Program-made: the position numbers and the translations under genes
Notes under the pieces: generated by a model
What the model saw: only the letters and a program-made list of their open reading frames with translations
The model's database searches: none
Told to the model about the DNA's origin: nothing
Assembly (NCBI RefSeq): GCF_009914755.1
Contig: NC_060936.1
From: the human T2T-CHM13v2.0 reference genome, Homo sapiens
Direction: 5' to 3' (one strand)
DNA length: 64,000 bases
Part shown: piece after piece, positions 43,353-60,693 of the stretch
Position numbering within the stretch: position 1 is the stretch's first letter
Layout: the number at the start of each line of letters is the position of its first letter

Positions 43353-43516
43353 CTAGTGGTGGAAAGAGTCCTGGTTTAAGGTTAGAAGGTCTAGGAGTTT
43401 TTGGTCCTAACACATTTTGGTCCTGATGCTTATGTATCAATGAGAAAGTTACTTAACTTCCCTGAGCCTCTCCTTCCTCATCTGTGTTACGATAATCCTA
43501 ACCCTGAGATGGGAGA

Positions 43517-45772
<2,256 letters not shown>

Positions 45773-46899
45773 TTCAATGTAATTTTTAAAACCCAAGTAA
45801 TTTCACAGTGATGCAACTGAAAAACTTCCTGTCAACTATTAAAACTAATATGTTTGATAGCTTCACTAATAAAACTTAACCAGGAGAATGTAAGCCAACA
45901 AACCAAGTTTAAATTGAGTTTAAGTATTTATTCAAGATCAAACCATATTCATTTGATATATCAACTAATGAAGATGAATTTACTACATGGGAAGTATTGT
46001 CCCCAAATTATAAATCTGGTGGAATAAAGGGGAACTAAAGGTGAAGCAAACTGTAAATGTATTAAGTGTGTATCAAGTTGGACAGAGCAGTGAACATGCT
46101 CTGAGATCCCAGGCAGTTCTGCATGGCTGAGCAGAGGCTGACTACATGGAAAAAAAGTCTTTGGAGGATTCAGGGTAATGTTTCTGAGTTGTGGTTTACC
46201 AAGCCTCAAGACAGCAAGTCCACAGGGAAAGAGTGAGCCTGGCACCCAAACAGAAGCAAGCCTCGCTCTCTAGGGTGAGGTAACCTAGGAGTTCCGGTTA
46301 GAGATATGAAGCTATTGCTCAATTTGCAATGTTCTCTCACATCACAGATTGTGAGCATGGAATTAGGGTCAGATATCTGTCCTGGGCCAGGAGCAGGAAG
46401 ATACACTCTTGGGCTCAAGTGATCCTTCCACCTCAGCTTCCCATGTAGCTAGGACTACAGGCACACACCACCATGCCTGGTGAGACCTTACTGTTTCATC
46501 TCCTAACTCCGACTCTGATTAGTGGTGTGAAAGTGAGCAAACCATTTCCACTTTCTAAGCCTGATTATACTCATTTTGTCAAGGCGAGGGTTGAAGTTTT
46601 TCCACCCCTGAGATAAAAAGGTTGAGTCTGGAAGCAGGATAAAAAGGATTACAGTTTAAGGAAGGAGCCAGCTGCCTTCAATAATGAGAGGCAGTGGGGC
46701 CTGTGAGAGGCTGTCCCTTTACATGAAGTATCCACAGGAGTGGACATTGCTGTAGAGTATCTAAAACATTACCCTGTAGGTAGTTTGCAAACCAGTGATT
46801 CCCTCACATCACAGTAAATTGATGAGTGAATTTTCTGAGTAACTAACTGCACAGTTGACACTAGAAAAGGACTATAGCTTAAAAAAAAAGCAAGAAAGG

Positions 46900-47642
46900 T
46901 ATCTTAGTTACCTATCACTTAGTTATCTTGCAGTTTTCTGAGGGACAGGAATGCAAGCAGGCTGGTGCTGGGTCTCTTTCAATGGGGTAGTCATCTCATT
47001 CACATGGTAGCTGGCAAGATTCAGTTTATCATGGGCAGCTGGTCAATTCCTTGTCACCTGGGCCTCTTTGTTGAGCATCTCACAACATGGCAGCTGGTTT
47101 TTAATCAGATCAAGCAAGCAGGAGGACGAAAGAAAATGTGAGCAAGAGAGAGTGCTGGCAAGATGGAAGTGAAGGTCTGTTGTGTTTTAATCTTAGCAGT
47201 AATTGCCCATCACTATTTGAATATTCTGTTTCTTAGAAGCAAGTCACAGCCGGGCACGGTGGCTCACACCTGTAATCCCAGCACTTTGGGAGGCCAAGGC
47301 AGGCAGATGGCCTGAGGTCGGGAGTTTGAGACCAGCTTGGAGAAACCCCATCTCTACTAAAAATACAAAATTAGCTAGGTGTGGCGGCACGTGCCTCTAA
47401 TCCCAGCTACTTGGGAGGCTGAGGCAGGAGAATCGCTTGAACCGGGAGGTGGAGGTTGTGGTGAGCCGAGATTGCGCCACTGCATTCCAGCCTGGGCAAA
47501 AAGAGTGAAACTGCGTCTCAAAAAAAAAAAAAAAAAAGGAAGTCACTAGGTCCAGTCCATAGGCAAAAGAAAGGGATTTACACAAAGAAGTGAATACAAG
47601 AAGGCAGGATCACAGGGAGCCGCATCGGAAGCTGCCTCCCAC
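46900..47642 (-). mobile_element. MLT1-type LTR interrupted by an Alu
   Basis: ctcacaacatggcagctggttt...aagcaagtcac[Alu]aagtcactaggtccag...gctgcctcccaca. Confidence 0.65.
47249..47537 (+). mobile_element. AluS-like
   Basis: Dimeric Alu plus A tail. Confidence 0.92.
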
Positions 47643-48085
47643 AAAAGGCTTTCTATCGTGGGGTTCGTTTTCATCTAGACAATCCCCCAAATCCCCCAAA
47701 TTCTGAGGTCATGAAGTAAGTTAGTTACATGGCAAGGAAATGCTGAACCTCCTTTTTTATGTGGGCTATGCTTGAGGGTTCTATTTTCTCAAATATGCAT
47801 TCTTTCATTAAACAATAGTTATTAAACATGCATCTACTTGTACCAGATAATGTGCTAGGAGCAGGGGCTACTAAGATGATTGTAGGTTTGTTTCTGCCCT
47901 CGTGGGTTGGAGGAAGGTGGCGGAGGTAATATTTACATACATAGAAATGAGACATACCCCACACTATCTCTGCGAAACCTGCCTACTGAATAAGATAGTC
48001 TTAATCTTTCAGTTTTACCTTTTCACATGTGGATCAAATGTCATTATCAAGAACTTAACTTTAGGAACCCTTTAATTAGAATGTG

Positions 48086-48459
48086 TGATATGGTTTGGCT
48101 GTGTCCCCACCCAAAATCTCATCTTGAATTGTAATCCCCATAATCCCTGTGTGTCAAGGGAGCGAACAGGTGGAGGCAATTGAATCATGGGAGCAGTTTC
48201 CTCCATGCCGTTCTTGTGACAGTGGATGAGTTCTCACAAGAGCTGATGGTTTTATGTGTTTGGTAATTCCTCCTGCATTCATTCTCCTTCCTGCTGCCTT
48301 GTGAAGAAGGTGCATTGCTTCCCCTTTGCTTTCTGCCATGGTTAAGTTTCCTGAGGCCTCCCCAGCCATGCTGAACTGTGAGTCAATTAAACCTCTTTCC
48401 TTTATAAATTACCCAGTCTTGGGCAGTTCTATATAGCAGTATAAAAACGGACTAATACA
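48086..48459 (+). mobile_element. Complete THE1-family solo LTR
   Basis: TGATATGGTTTGGCTGTGTCCCCACCCAAA...ACTAATACA, 374 bp, perfect 5-bp TSD ATGTG (48081-48085 / 48460-48464). Confidence 0.92.
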
Positions 48460-48802
48460 ATGTGTTTTCATTAAAGATCACTGGTAGCCCATTAAAATAG
48501 TTTATTTGCAAGTGTTCACATTCACCATAGAATAGAAAATATAGATAAGTAAAAAGAAGGAATTAAAATCATGAATAATCCCACTACCCATAGATAATAA
48601 CAGATAACAGCTAATATCATTTCAATGTATTCCAAACTTTTTCAATGCCTGGGTGTTATTTTCCCCCTTCCATACCTGTCTGAAGCTCTTAATAGCATAT
48701 TGTGAACACTGAGTCACTCATTTCCTGGAGGTCAACATTATTTGTGAGAAAGATAGTGGTGAGATGATTAGTAGTGTTTGCCCTTGGAGTGAGCCTAGCT
48801 AC

Positions 48803-49305
48803 TTTTATTTTTTTAATTTTTAATTTTAATTTTAATTTTTGTAGAGATGAGGGTCTTTCTTTATTTCTTAGGTAGGTCTTGAACTCCTGGCCTTAGGCAG
48901 TCCTCCCACATTAGCCTCCCAAAGCACTGGGATTACAGGAATGAGCCACCACACCTGGTCTAGCTCCTTTTTTCACTCTTGTCCATGTCCATTTTTTCCT
49001 TTTTTTTTTTTTTTTTTTGAGCAGAGTTTTGCTCTGTCACCCAGGCTGGAGGGCAATGGCATGATCTCAGCTCACTTGCAACCTCTGCCTCCCTGGGTTC
49101 AAGTGATTCTCCTGCCTCAGCCTCTCCAGTAGCTGGGATTACAGGCACGCACCACCACACCTGGCTAATTTTTGTATTTTTAGTAGAGATGGGGTTTTAC
49201 CATGTTGGTTGGCCAGGCTGGTCTTGAACTCCTGACCTCAGGCAATCTGCCCACCTTGGCCTCCCAAAGTGCTAGGATTACAGGTGTGGGCCACCGTGCC
49301 TGGCC
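48803..49305 (-). mobile_element. Alu monomer (48803-48960) and AluS-like (49000-49305)
   Basis: Reverse Alu consensus. Confidence 0.9.
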
Positions 49306-50109
49306 GATTTTTTCCATTTTGTTCATTCTTTCTTTCAGCCCACAGACTCTTCCTTCTTGCCTCTCCTCTCCACCTGTCCTACTTTTCCTCCCATTTAAGC
49401 CTTTTTTTTTCTACCTATGGCCAACCTTTCACTCCTTCTGTTAACCAGCTCTCTCCTTCATCCTTCATGACCCAGTGCAGTCATAAGCGTTTGTGGGAGA
49501 CATTCCTTGATCCTTGCAGACTCTTAAACACTTTGAGAGTCTGATTTTCCTCTGATTTTCCACAGCATTCTCTTCTTACCTCTATTATTGTACTATCTCA
49601 TGTGAGCATTACAAATTTAGGTGTCTGCTTCCCTAGAGTAGATTCATTTTATTCATCTCCATAACCCTTGAAATATATGGAAGAGCTTCTGTAACGTTTG
49701 CAAAATGAATGAATAAAAACACCCATCCTGTCGGAGTTACCTAGAACTGCTATTTATGAGCACATCTGGAATCCCTTGGCAAGCCCCTGGGCTATCCAGG
49801 CTTCTGCCCTTCATACACAAGTACTGTGAGTCCTCCAAGAAAACCTCCTCAAAGGCTCAATTCCAAATCGCACAGAGAGGTATTGAATAACACAGCCAAA
49901 AAGGGAAGAAGTACTTTCGGGTAAGATAGGCAGTATATGAGAATAGAGGTCTTGGAAATGCTGTTTATGATGGCCTAGAATCCACGACTAAAGAATGTGC
50001 ATTTTCGAAGACAAAATTAGTAGCATTACATCTTTATAGAGAAAAGTAGGGCTGCTAGAAACACATCCACATAGCCATGAGGTTGACTGAAGCAAGACAA
50101 AAGAGGTGT

Positions 50110-50144
50110 TTTTCTTTCTTTCTTTCTTTCTTTCTTTCTTTTTT
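50110..50144 (+). repeat. (TTTC)n tetranucleotide repeat
   Basis: Read directly. Confidence 0.93.
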
Positions 50145-52399
50145 TGACTGAGGGCAACAGTCAGTTCTCCAGTCATAATTCTGATGCTCGACAATGATTT
50201 GAACAATGAGGGAGGAGGAGGAGGCTAAAGAAGAAAGAGAAGCACCCACTGGGTGGCCTGGGAGGGAGCTACCCAGTGAGCAAATGAATGCAAATGAACT
50301 GAGCTGATTTTTGTTGTGATGACAGATGACTTTCCCGCAGGGTCCCAAGAGCAGCCCAGCAGGACAAAGCAGAGGGGCAAAACCGGACCATTGTGCCGGA
50401 TCTAGGGAATGTTGCTGGTGACTGCTAGCTTGTCTGTCCTTAGAGGAAAACCACCAGAGTTCAAGTTGTGGAGAGCTGAGGAGACTGCATGCAGTATTCT
50501 GATTTGTTTCTGTGCCATGTGTCATATTAATGAAGTAGGATTACTTTAAGCTAAAACAATTATACTAGGATTTCAGTGTTTAGTGTTTTTTTATTATTTT
50601 GGCTTGTCCTGTTATCATTATGGCTAGCTGTGCTTAAAGAAACATCTAGAGTTTCGCATTATTTTTTCTTAGAAAATGAGAGGAGACACCTGACTTGATC
50701 TTTATTAGGGAGTGAAATTTCTGGTCCCTGATAAACATGTAGTTTCACAAAGAGGTGAGACACATCTTGAAGTTATACTTTGAGGATCCTCATTTGGCAT
50801 TACACAGGGTTGGGCAGTGTGGGTCATCTCCATCTTGTCTCCTCTCCTTTATGCCCTGTGTTCCACCATAGCAAGCATGACCTTTGCCTTTTCTCCTTGG
50901 CCAACTCTTACTCATCCTTCACCCAGTGCAGCACCCAGCATGTATGGAAAACCTTCTTTGACCATTACAGATTCTGAAATGCTCTGTCCCCTGATTTTCC
51001 ACAGCACTCTCTTCTTACCTCTATTACTATACTTCACATGAGTGTTACACATTTAGGGAACTGGACAAAGGACCTCTGTGTTGTATGCACATGCTGTGGC
51101 TTGTGGCCCAAACAACCCCCAAATCCGTTTTTGTTGTCCTGGGAGGTAATCCTTACCTTCCACTCCACTTTGCTCTTTAATGAGACTAAATGGGCCACCT
51201 TTGTTTCTTCTCAAGCAGCATTTGATGAGACTAGTCAGCGATGACAGGCAGCTTTCATCCCCCACTGAGCCAATTCCACCCGGCAGGATTGCACTTGCCC
51301 ACCTTGATAGGTGGCAAGACAATTACTGATGGCTTTCTAGACCTGCTTCAAAGCTTCCTGTAACCTGGCAGCGAATGAAATGCACAACCTTCCAACTCAA
51401 TGACATTTAAGGCAACCACTCATCGGTTCAGGCAGCAAAATAAATTGGTACTCAGCTGCTCCCAGTCTATTTTTCTGGTTAGAACTATAAAGAAAAGAAA
51501 TGATTGTGCCACTGCATGTGTGACAACAACCTGCCCCCTCCCTCAAGCAATCACATTCTCTTGCTCTCTCTGGCTTTGTTCTGGTCCACCTGAAGAACAG
51601 AGTGTTAAGGATTATATTTGGAGGTTGCCTAGTGCTATATGTCTACATCTGAGTCCTACACATACAGATAAATATGATGAATGGATATACATTTAAATTA
51701 CATATCCACCCCTACTGAATTTGTCATTCATTCGTATGAAAATATTTTCCATTAAATATGATAACTCCCTAAAATTCTTATTTAGTCCTTTATTCATGGG
51801 ACTAAAGTTGCATCACTCAATGGTGACATTTAAAGGACAGTTAATACTGTAACACAGAATAATGACCTTGTGAAGTGTGGTGTATTTGGTGTGCTTATCC
51901 AATAATTTATAGATTCCATAAATATTAGTTATGATGTATGAAGAGAACTCAAAAGGCAAGAAATATTTTTCCCAAGGATTGTGAAATGTATCATTTTAAA
52001 AAGCATGTTCCAATACTTACTTGCTTCCTGATTTCCCCAAATTTCTTCCCTTCTAAGCCATAAGTGTTGTGTTTCTCCCCCAGTAGTCAAACATTAACAA
52101 TAAAAACAAGAAAACACTCTTCCTCCCTTCCACCCACCAAACACTGATGTCTTTGGTCTGTACAAACACGAAGAAGAAAAAAAGGAATCAGTCAAACCAA
52201 ATGATCTTCACTCTCTTTCAGACTAAATCTGCTTTAATCAGTGTGCTAGCACCTTCTGTCAAACTCCCCGACTGCTTAAAGCAATACATTATTCCTTCAG
52301 TTTCGGCAAAAGTTAAACCTTTGCCAGCCCCAAAACTGACTCTACGTGGAGGCTGTTGCCAAGTTGATTTTTCTGGCTCAGCCGGGAGGCTGCTCCCTG

Positions 52400-53500
52400 G
52401 CTCTGTTCTAAATTAATAAGGCCAATCAGAAATGCACAAAGCCTGGACGGCCAATCATTCTTCTCGAGGCTTTTGCCATCTCCTCCGCGGTCAGATAAAT
52501 CATGTTAAAGCCATTCCACCGATGACCATAAATTAGGGGGCCTGGCCGCCGTCCCTCCCAAGGACACCGCAGACTGAGATTATTCTGTCGGCCGCACTCG
52601 GCCCCCAAGGAGTAGCACTGCGAGGGTGGAGGGTCCTCCAGCGCGGGGGCGGGGGTGTAGGCCCCGAGTGATTTCCTGCCACAGTGCCGGAGCGGGACTG
52701 GCGCTGCCTCCCGGGTCCAGGTTCCAGCCGCTCCCAGCTGTTGGCGGCGCTGCTGAGATGATGGCCTGGATCCCCCAGGTTCCGGGACTCCCCAGGTGGC
52801 TCCCCGAGACTATTTACAGCTGAGGTTCGGCCGGTGATTGCTGGGACGGAAAACTCATTTCTCAGCCTGGCTTTTATTTACACTCTTATTAAGGAGGCTT
52901 TCATTCGTGTTGGAATGGCAGCGAGAGGCTGCGGGCCAGGCGGCCGAATGGGTCGTGACCGAGCGACAGCGGCCGCCTGCGCCGCGACCTTGAGGGCAGA
53001 GGAGCGTGGGCGGCGTGCGGGGACAAAGGCGCGCGGGGAGCCTGGGTCACGGCTCTGCAGCAGACACGGGACCTCCACGTTTCTACCACCCCGGAAAGTT
53101 GAGCGCCTTGGGGGCTGCATTTCTCCCTTTATTGGTAGCTGGTTCGGCTCGCCCCTTTGCCCGACCACACGCTCTTTGTAAATACAGAATAGGACAAAAC
53201 GGAAAGAGTGATGTGCTGTCCCCTCCGTCTAAAACCCTAAGTAAATACCCAGTCCTCCCCCAGACCCTTCTCCACCTGTGGTTCAGGTGTCTGGGAAGAA
53301 GGCCCTGCACGCCCGCCCGCGCCTCCCCTGCCCGGGGGAGCCCCGGGTAGGCAGTGGCCAAAGACTCTGTAGAACAACTCCCGGGAGGGCAGGCTCGCGG
53401 CTGCTCCTCCCGTTGGCAGCGCCTCAAACCCTGGCAGGCCCGCGTGTGTGCATGTGAGCCTGCATGTCCTGAGAATCCCCCTGCAGCCTCGCACATCTGG
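52400..53500. promoter_or_regulatory. Orphan CpG island with tandem CCAAT boxes and HOX/FOX-type motifs
   Basis: CpG-dense, repeat-free block; GGCCAATCA twice (CCAAT at 52422 and 52451), ATTGG at 53131; no credible CDS. Confidence 0.85.
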
Positions 53501-54016
53501 GTCCCCTAGCCATGCATATTCATGCCCCAGAGCAGTAAACCCAGGTCAGCTGCTCGGAGACAGTGAATCGAGTTCTTGAAAACTGACCAAGCCCGTGACT
53601 TCAATAAAATGAAGACAGAGCTGTCTTTTCTCCAACTCCTGAGCAAAGCTCATAACACTTGAGGCATTTTTGTTTTTTTCTGAAAGGGACAAAAGAAACG
53701 GGGGAAGTCAGCTGTAGGAGTGGTGTGGAGAGTGTGTCTACAGTTCTTCCATTGCTGTAGAAATCGTGATTTGTTTCTTGTATCCTACCTACTCCCTTTG
53801 TTAGTTTCCTCAGCCTCAGGAGAAGTGGGTATCATTTGCAATATTCTTTCTTTTGCATGTGGTCCCTGTTGGTGTAACATGCTCTTCCATTTTACCCTTA
53901 TCATCCTCCTATTTGGTGATGTTCCTCCCCTCCCCTCTCCTCCCCAGAAAAAAGCAGTTTCCACATGTGCCCTCCTAACCCTCCTTTCTGTAACTTCCAT
54001 AAAAAATGCCCCTTTT

Positions 54017-54336
54017 CCGGGCGCGGTGGCTCACACCTGTAATCCCAACACTTTGGGAGACCGAGGGGTGCGGATCACTTGAGGCCAGGAGTTCGAGACC
54101 AACCTGAGCAACATGGTGAAACCCTGCTTCTACTAAAAAACAAAAACAAAAAAACCAAAAATTAGCCGGGCGTCGTGGTGCGTACCTGTAATTCCAGTCG
54201 CTCTAGAGGCTGAGGCATGAGAATTGCTTGAACCTGGGAGGCAGAGGTTGCAGTGAGCCGAGATCGCGCCACTTCACTCCAGCCTAGGCGACAGAGCAAG
54301 ACTCTGTCTAAAAAAACAAACAAAAAACAAACAAAA
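54017..54336 (+). mobile_element. AluS-like
   Basis: Dimeric Alu. Confidence 0.92.
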
Positions 54337-54522
54337 CTGTTTTCCCTTCCCTGGTGGCTCAGGGGCACAGTCACTCTCTTGCACAGCCTGATGGCAGGAG
54401 ATGGGGTGAGGGTGGCTGGGCTGGGGTGGCCCTGGGAAGACGATATCAGAACAATAATACTTGACTGCCCTACCAACCTAACCGCCTCATAGCCCCTCAG
54501 GACTCCAGTCCAGTGAGGGACA

Positions 54523-54845
54523 CTGTTTAGGGCTGAAATGTGTTCAAAATTTATATGAGAGTCAAAACTGCGAGTATCTCAGAATGTGACTGTATCTGAA
54601 GATAGGGCCTTTATAAAGAGGTAATTAAGGTCAAATGAGGTCACATGGGTGGGCCTTAATCCAATCTGGTTAGTGTCCTTTGAAGAAAAGGAAATTCAGA
54701 CACACAGAGGATTTGTTTACACGGAGAAATGACATGACGAGAGGGAGGCGATCTGCAAGCCAACCAAAGAAGCCTCAGGAGAAACTGAACCTGCTGGCAC
54801 CTTAGCCACCCAGTCCGTGATATTTTATTATGGCACACGAATACA
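54523..54845 (+). mobile_element. MLT1B/C-like LTR
   Basis: ctcagaatgtgactgtat...gggccttaatccaat signature. Confidence 0.75.
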
Positions 54846-55068
54846 GGTACTAAGGAGGTCTGTCCAGAAGTCAGTCCTGAAGTCCTCCCTCCTCCTCCGT
54901 GACCTGGGAACTCTCCCTCAGGATGGTACTGGCCTGGCACAACTTTTCTTTTTGTTATATTCCAGGTGTTCTTGTTCTTTGAGACAGGAACCTATACCCA
55001 GTGAAATTTCCCTGTTGCTGAGTCTTTATTTCTACCCCTCTTGTTTGATTTTTCAGTTTTGTCCTGTG

Positions 55069-55252
55069 TAAGATTCCCAGATAAAATAGAAGACACCCAT
55101 TTAAATCTGAATGTCAGATGATAGTAAATAGTTTTTTAGTATGAGTACAACCCAAATATTGCAAGGGACATACTTAATTTAAAAAATTCTTTATCTGAAA
55201 TTCAAATCCAAGTAGATGTCCTGTATCTTTTGTCTGATAAGTCTGCAAACGT
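55069..55252. mobile_element. MER53 hAT MITE, more diverged copy
   Basis: ccagataaaatagaagacaccca...ttatctgaaattcaaat...gtcctgtat. Confidence 0.78.
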
Positions 55253-55283
55253 TACTTTAGAGGTGTGTCCTTAGTATCTTTAC

Positions 55284-55748
<465 letters not shown>

Positions 55749-57019
55749 CAGGAAGGGACAGGTATTAACTAAATGTTCACAGCTATTTCATTGTTGTATT
55801 TAAGCTCCCTTAAGCTTAAATTCTTTGGGTTTCTTGTTCCTTTGTTCTGCTAAAAATGTCATCTTATTACTCCTCTTATTGCTGAGCCCAGAGGCAAAGG
55901 TCAAACAGATCATCGAAAAATGCCCTGTTAGTATGTGAAATGGTCATCTTATTTCAGGTCAACTGAGCCCATAGAGAGAGATGTCAAGAGCTGTAATATT
56001 GATACCACCACAGCAAATGACTTTCCATCCAGACACATTCGGTTTTATAACAAATAGTGCAACTGGGCACCCTGGTAAAAGATTTACCTTTTACCATTAC
56101 TTTTATTACAGACCACTGCTCAAGAATGTAGGATCTGTTTTAAGCATACTTCTAGTTCAAGAGGATTTGAACATAATTTCGTTCAGTTCTTCCAGACCCT
56201 GACTATCTGTCCTTTTTGACTATTAGTTGGCATTTATAGAGAGCCAAATCTTACTTGCTCCTCACTATTTACTGAAAAGTTGGAAGATTCAGGTACTATG
56301 GTTAAAACCCGTGGGGTAACACACCATTCATTCTGCTTGTGTGAGGGCCTTATAATGGGGTCTGGTACTAAATGTCACCATGAAGACAAGCCTTGACAAC
56401 ATACACCTTCATAGTGCATGCTAAGGAGCTGTTGGCAGAGCTACAGCTGAGCAAGAGTCAAAACTAGATGAGAGGAAAATAAGATGCCTGTGACAAAAAC
56501 ACATTTTATAGAAAATGGTGCTGGTGGGTCAGCAGATGACATTGATTAGTTAGTATGTCTCAGTGCAAAGTTCAGGGATGGGGATTCAATGTGAAAGGGC
56601 TTTGTTAAAAATGCCATCCAAATAAGGGTGTACACAATGGAGGTTTTGTGACTAGCCCTTATTATCTAATGAGAAGTTACAGAAAACTGGAGTGGTAATT
56701 GGCAGTTGGGTGTCGACTACATATAAGCTTTAGATTTGAAATATTGGCTTTGGTGCTACTTGGCACTGTGTCCATGGGAAACTACTTTACCTACCTGAAC
56801 TTTTATTTTTTCATCTGGAAAAGGGCTTTCAGAATGGCAGAATAAAAACCTCTGAAAATCTACTCCTCCATACAAAGAAAATTCTGGCAAAAATTGCCAG
56901 AACCAACTTTTTCAGAACTCTGGAAATTAACCAAAGGACTGCAACAATCTGAGGAATGTGTATTCAAGAAAAATGGCTGAACCTCAGTAAAAATAGGGAG
57001 CTTTGTGACATTTAGTTTT

Positions 57020-58102
<1,083 letters not shown>

Positions 58103-58448
58103 TAGGGAATAACTTGAATCCACATGAAGAAATAAAGGATGCTGGTAAAGGTAAATACACAGAAACCATAAAAGGCAGTAGAAATGTATTTTGTTTCTAA
58201 TTCTTTTCTTCTCCCATATAATTTAAAAGACAACTACATAAAACAATAATTACTAAACTGTTGACAGGCTTATACTGTAGAGAGTTGTAATTTGTATGAC
58301 AAATAGCACAGAAGAGAAGGAAGGAAATGGAAGTATATATTGCAGCTAAGTTTTTGTTTACTATTGAAATTAAGTTTGTATTAATCCAAACTATATTGTT
58401 TTAAGATGTTATTGTAATCTTCAGGACAACCATTAAGAAAATAACTCT

Positions 58449-59075
58449 GTTAGGAGAGCAGTGGGGTCCTCAGTATGGTTCCTTTAGGCAGCTCTGCTGA
58501 CCCCACCCTTTCCTGAACTGCCCTTCTGTCCCAGAGGAGTCACGCTGACCCCACCCACCTTGCTGCTGGGCTTTGGACCCCAGTCTTGAAAAGGCCCGGC
58601 CGTGCTGGCTCTGCCCCTCAAAGGGGCTGTGAGCAAGGTAGGAGGGAGCTGGTCTCCTTTCTTGGGCCCCACCTAGGACCCGAGCACCACCTACCCCTGT
58701 GAGGGCCCCAGGCCTTAAGTCCCTGGTTGGGGGCGGGGGGGGGGGTGCTATGGGTTTGTGACTCCAGCAGAGCAGAGGAACAGGGCACTGGAAGTGAGCT
58801 CAGCATGTGATTCAGTGATGGACCAGGTTTGGAAGGGCCAGTATACTTGTCATTGTTGTCGTTGGTTTGTTGTTGTATGTTCCAGGATATCAGTATTTTA
58901 ACAGGTTCTAAGTGCCTTTCTATTGTAACTTATGTTTTCCCTCCTCTTGGCTCCATTGCTGTTAGCATAGTTTAAAAAAAAGAAATAAGCTAATGACTAT
59001 AACAATATATTCCTCCATGGGAGAGGAAGTTTATAAAGAAACAGTAAAAGTGAGTTGCAAAAAATAAAAAATAAA
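58449..59075 (+). pseudogene. 5'-truncated processed retrocopy of an unidentified mRNA 3'UTR, inserted in an old L1
   Basis: About 620 bp of GC-rich then U-rich sequence, AGTAAA at 59043, A-rich tail at about 59059-59075; L1 sequence resumes on both sides. Confidence 0.7.
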
Positions 59076-60323
59076 GAAACAACAGGAAATTAAAATGGTA
59101 TACTGGAAATTATTTCTCACAAAATAAGGCAGTAATGGAAAAATAAAGGAGTAAAAAGACAGACACATAGAAAACAAATAGCAAAATGGCAGATGTAATT
59201 CCTATTTAATCGTTAATCAGGTTAAGTTTCTATGGACTGAGAATTCCAATCAAAAGGTAGAGATTGGCATAATGAATTAAAAAAAAAGACTCAACTATAT
59301 TTCTCTATAAAATACACTTTAGATTCAAAAATGCAAACAGGCTGAATGTGAAAGGATGGGAAAAGATGTACTATGCAAAAAGTAACCAAATAAGGGCAGG
59401 AGTGGCTGTACAAATATGTAACAAAATAGACTTTAAGACAAAAATTGCTGGCAGAGACAAGGGATACTTTACAATTAAAAAAGGCCAATCCATCAGGAAA
59501 ACAATTATAAACACAGATGCACCTAACAACAGAGCCCCCACCCTAAAATACATGAAGCAAGGACAGACAGAATGGAAGAAACAGCCAACTCAACAGTAAT
59601 AGTTGGAGACTTTCATACCCTACTTTCAATAATTGATAGAAAAATTAGGTAGAAGATCAATAAGAAAATAGAAGACTTGGACAGTATGATGAACTAACTA
59701 GGTCTAACAGACATCTACAGAACAGCCAACAACAGCAGAATACACATTCTTCTCATGTGCACATGGCACCTTCTCCAGGATAGATCGTATGTTAAGCCAC
59801 AAAACAAACCAATATGTTAAAAGGATTGAAATCATACAAAGTATGTTCTCAGATCACAATAGAATGAAATTATTTCCTCATCTGCAAAAAATGATAACAT
59901 CTACCTGAGCGGGCGATACAAGAATTAAAACCAAGTAGCCAGCATGGGGCATAATAAACTTTTTTATTATGAGATACTTTGTTAATTGTAAGAACAGATT
60001 GCATGTATGCTTTCCTTTGCCTCATGACTAGAGTGTGGCAAATGATGGGTTAACTTCCTCCTTTTAAATTAGAAAAAAATATTAACCATTTTCAATTTGT
60101 GGCAGATTATAAAATTGATAGTGTTATAGTTTTGAGAAAATACAGTATCACAACCCCGATGCATCTTACCACCAATATGACTAGAAGCTGAATGTAGGAC
60201 TACCTTAGAATACAAACTGGCAAATTTATAAATTGCCCTGTGTTTATAAAACAAGATAAATGATTATGGATCTACCTGAATTTTCCTTAGCAATAGGCCA
60301 TGAGTGTTCATTCATATGTTTGA

Positions 60324-60693
<370 letters not shown>

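Noticed and set aside
52626-53496. Overlapping 60-137 aa ORFs in the second CpG island
   Set aside because: Same GC artefact; no homology or exon structure recognisable.
55163-55183. miR-1302-like stretch AAGGGACATACTTAATTTAAA in the second MER53
   Set aside because: Shared MER53 ancestry only; the 5' end differs from miR-1302 and the opposite arm is poorly complementary.
59348-59599. Endonuclease-like ORF
   Set aside because: Frameshifted remnant of L1 ORF2, not an intact nuclease.
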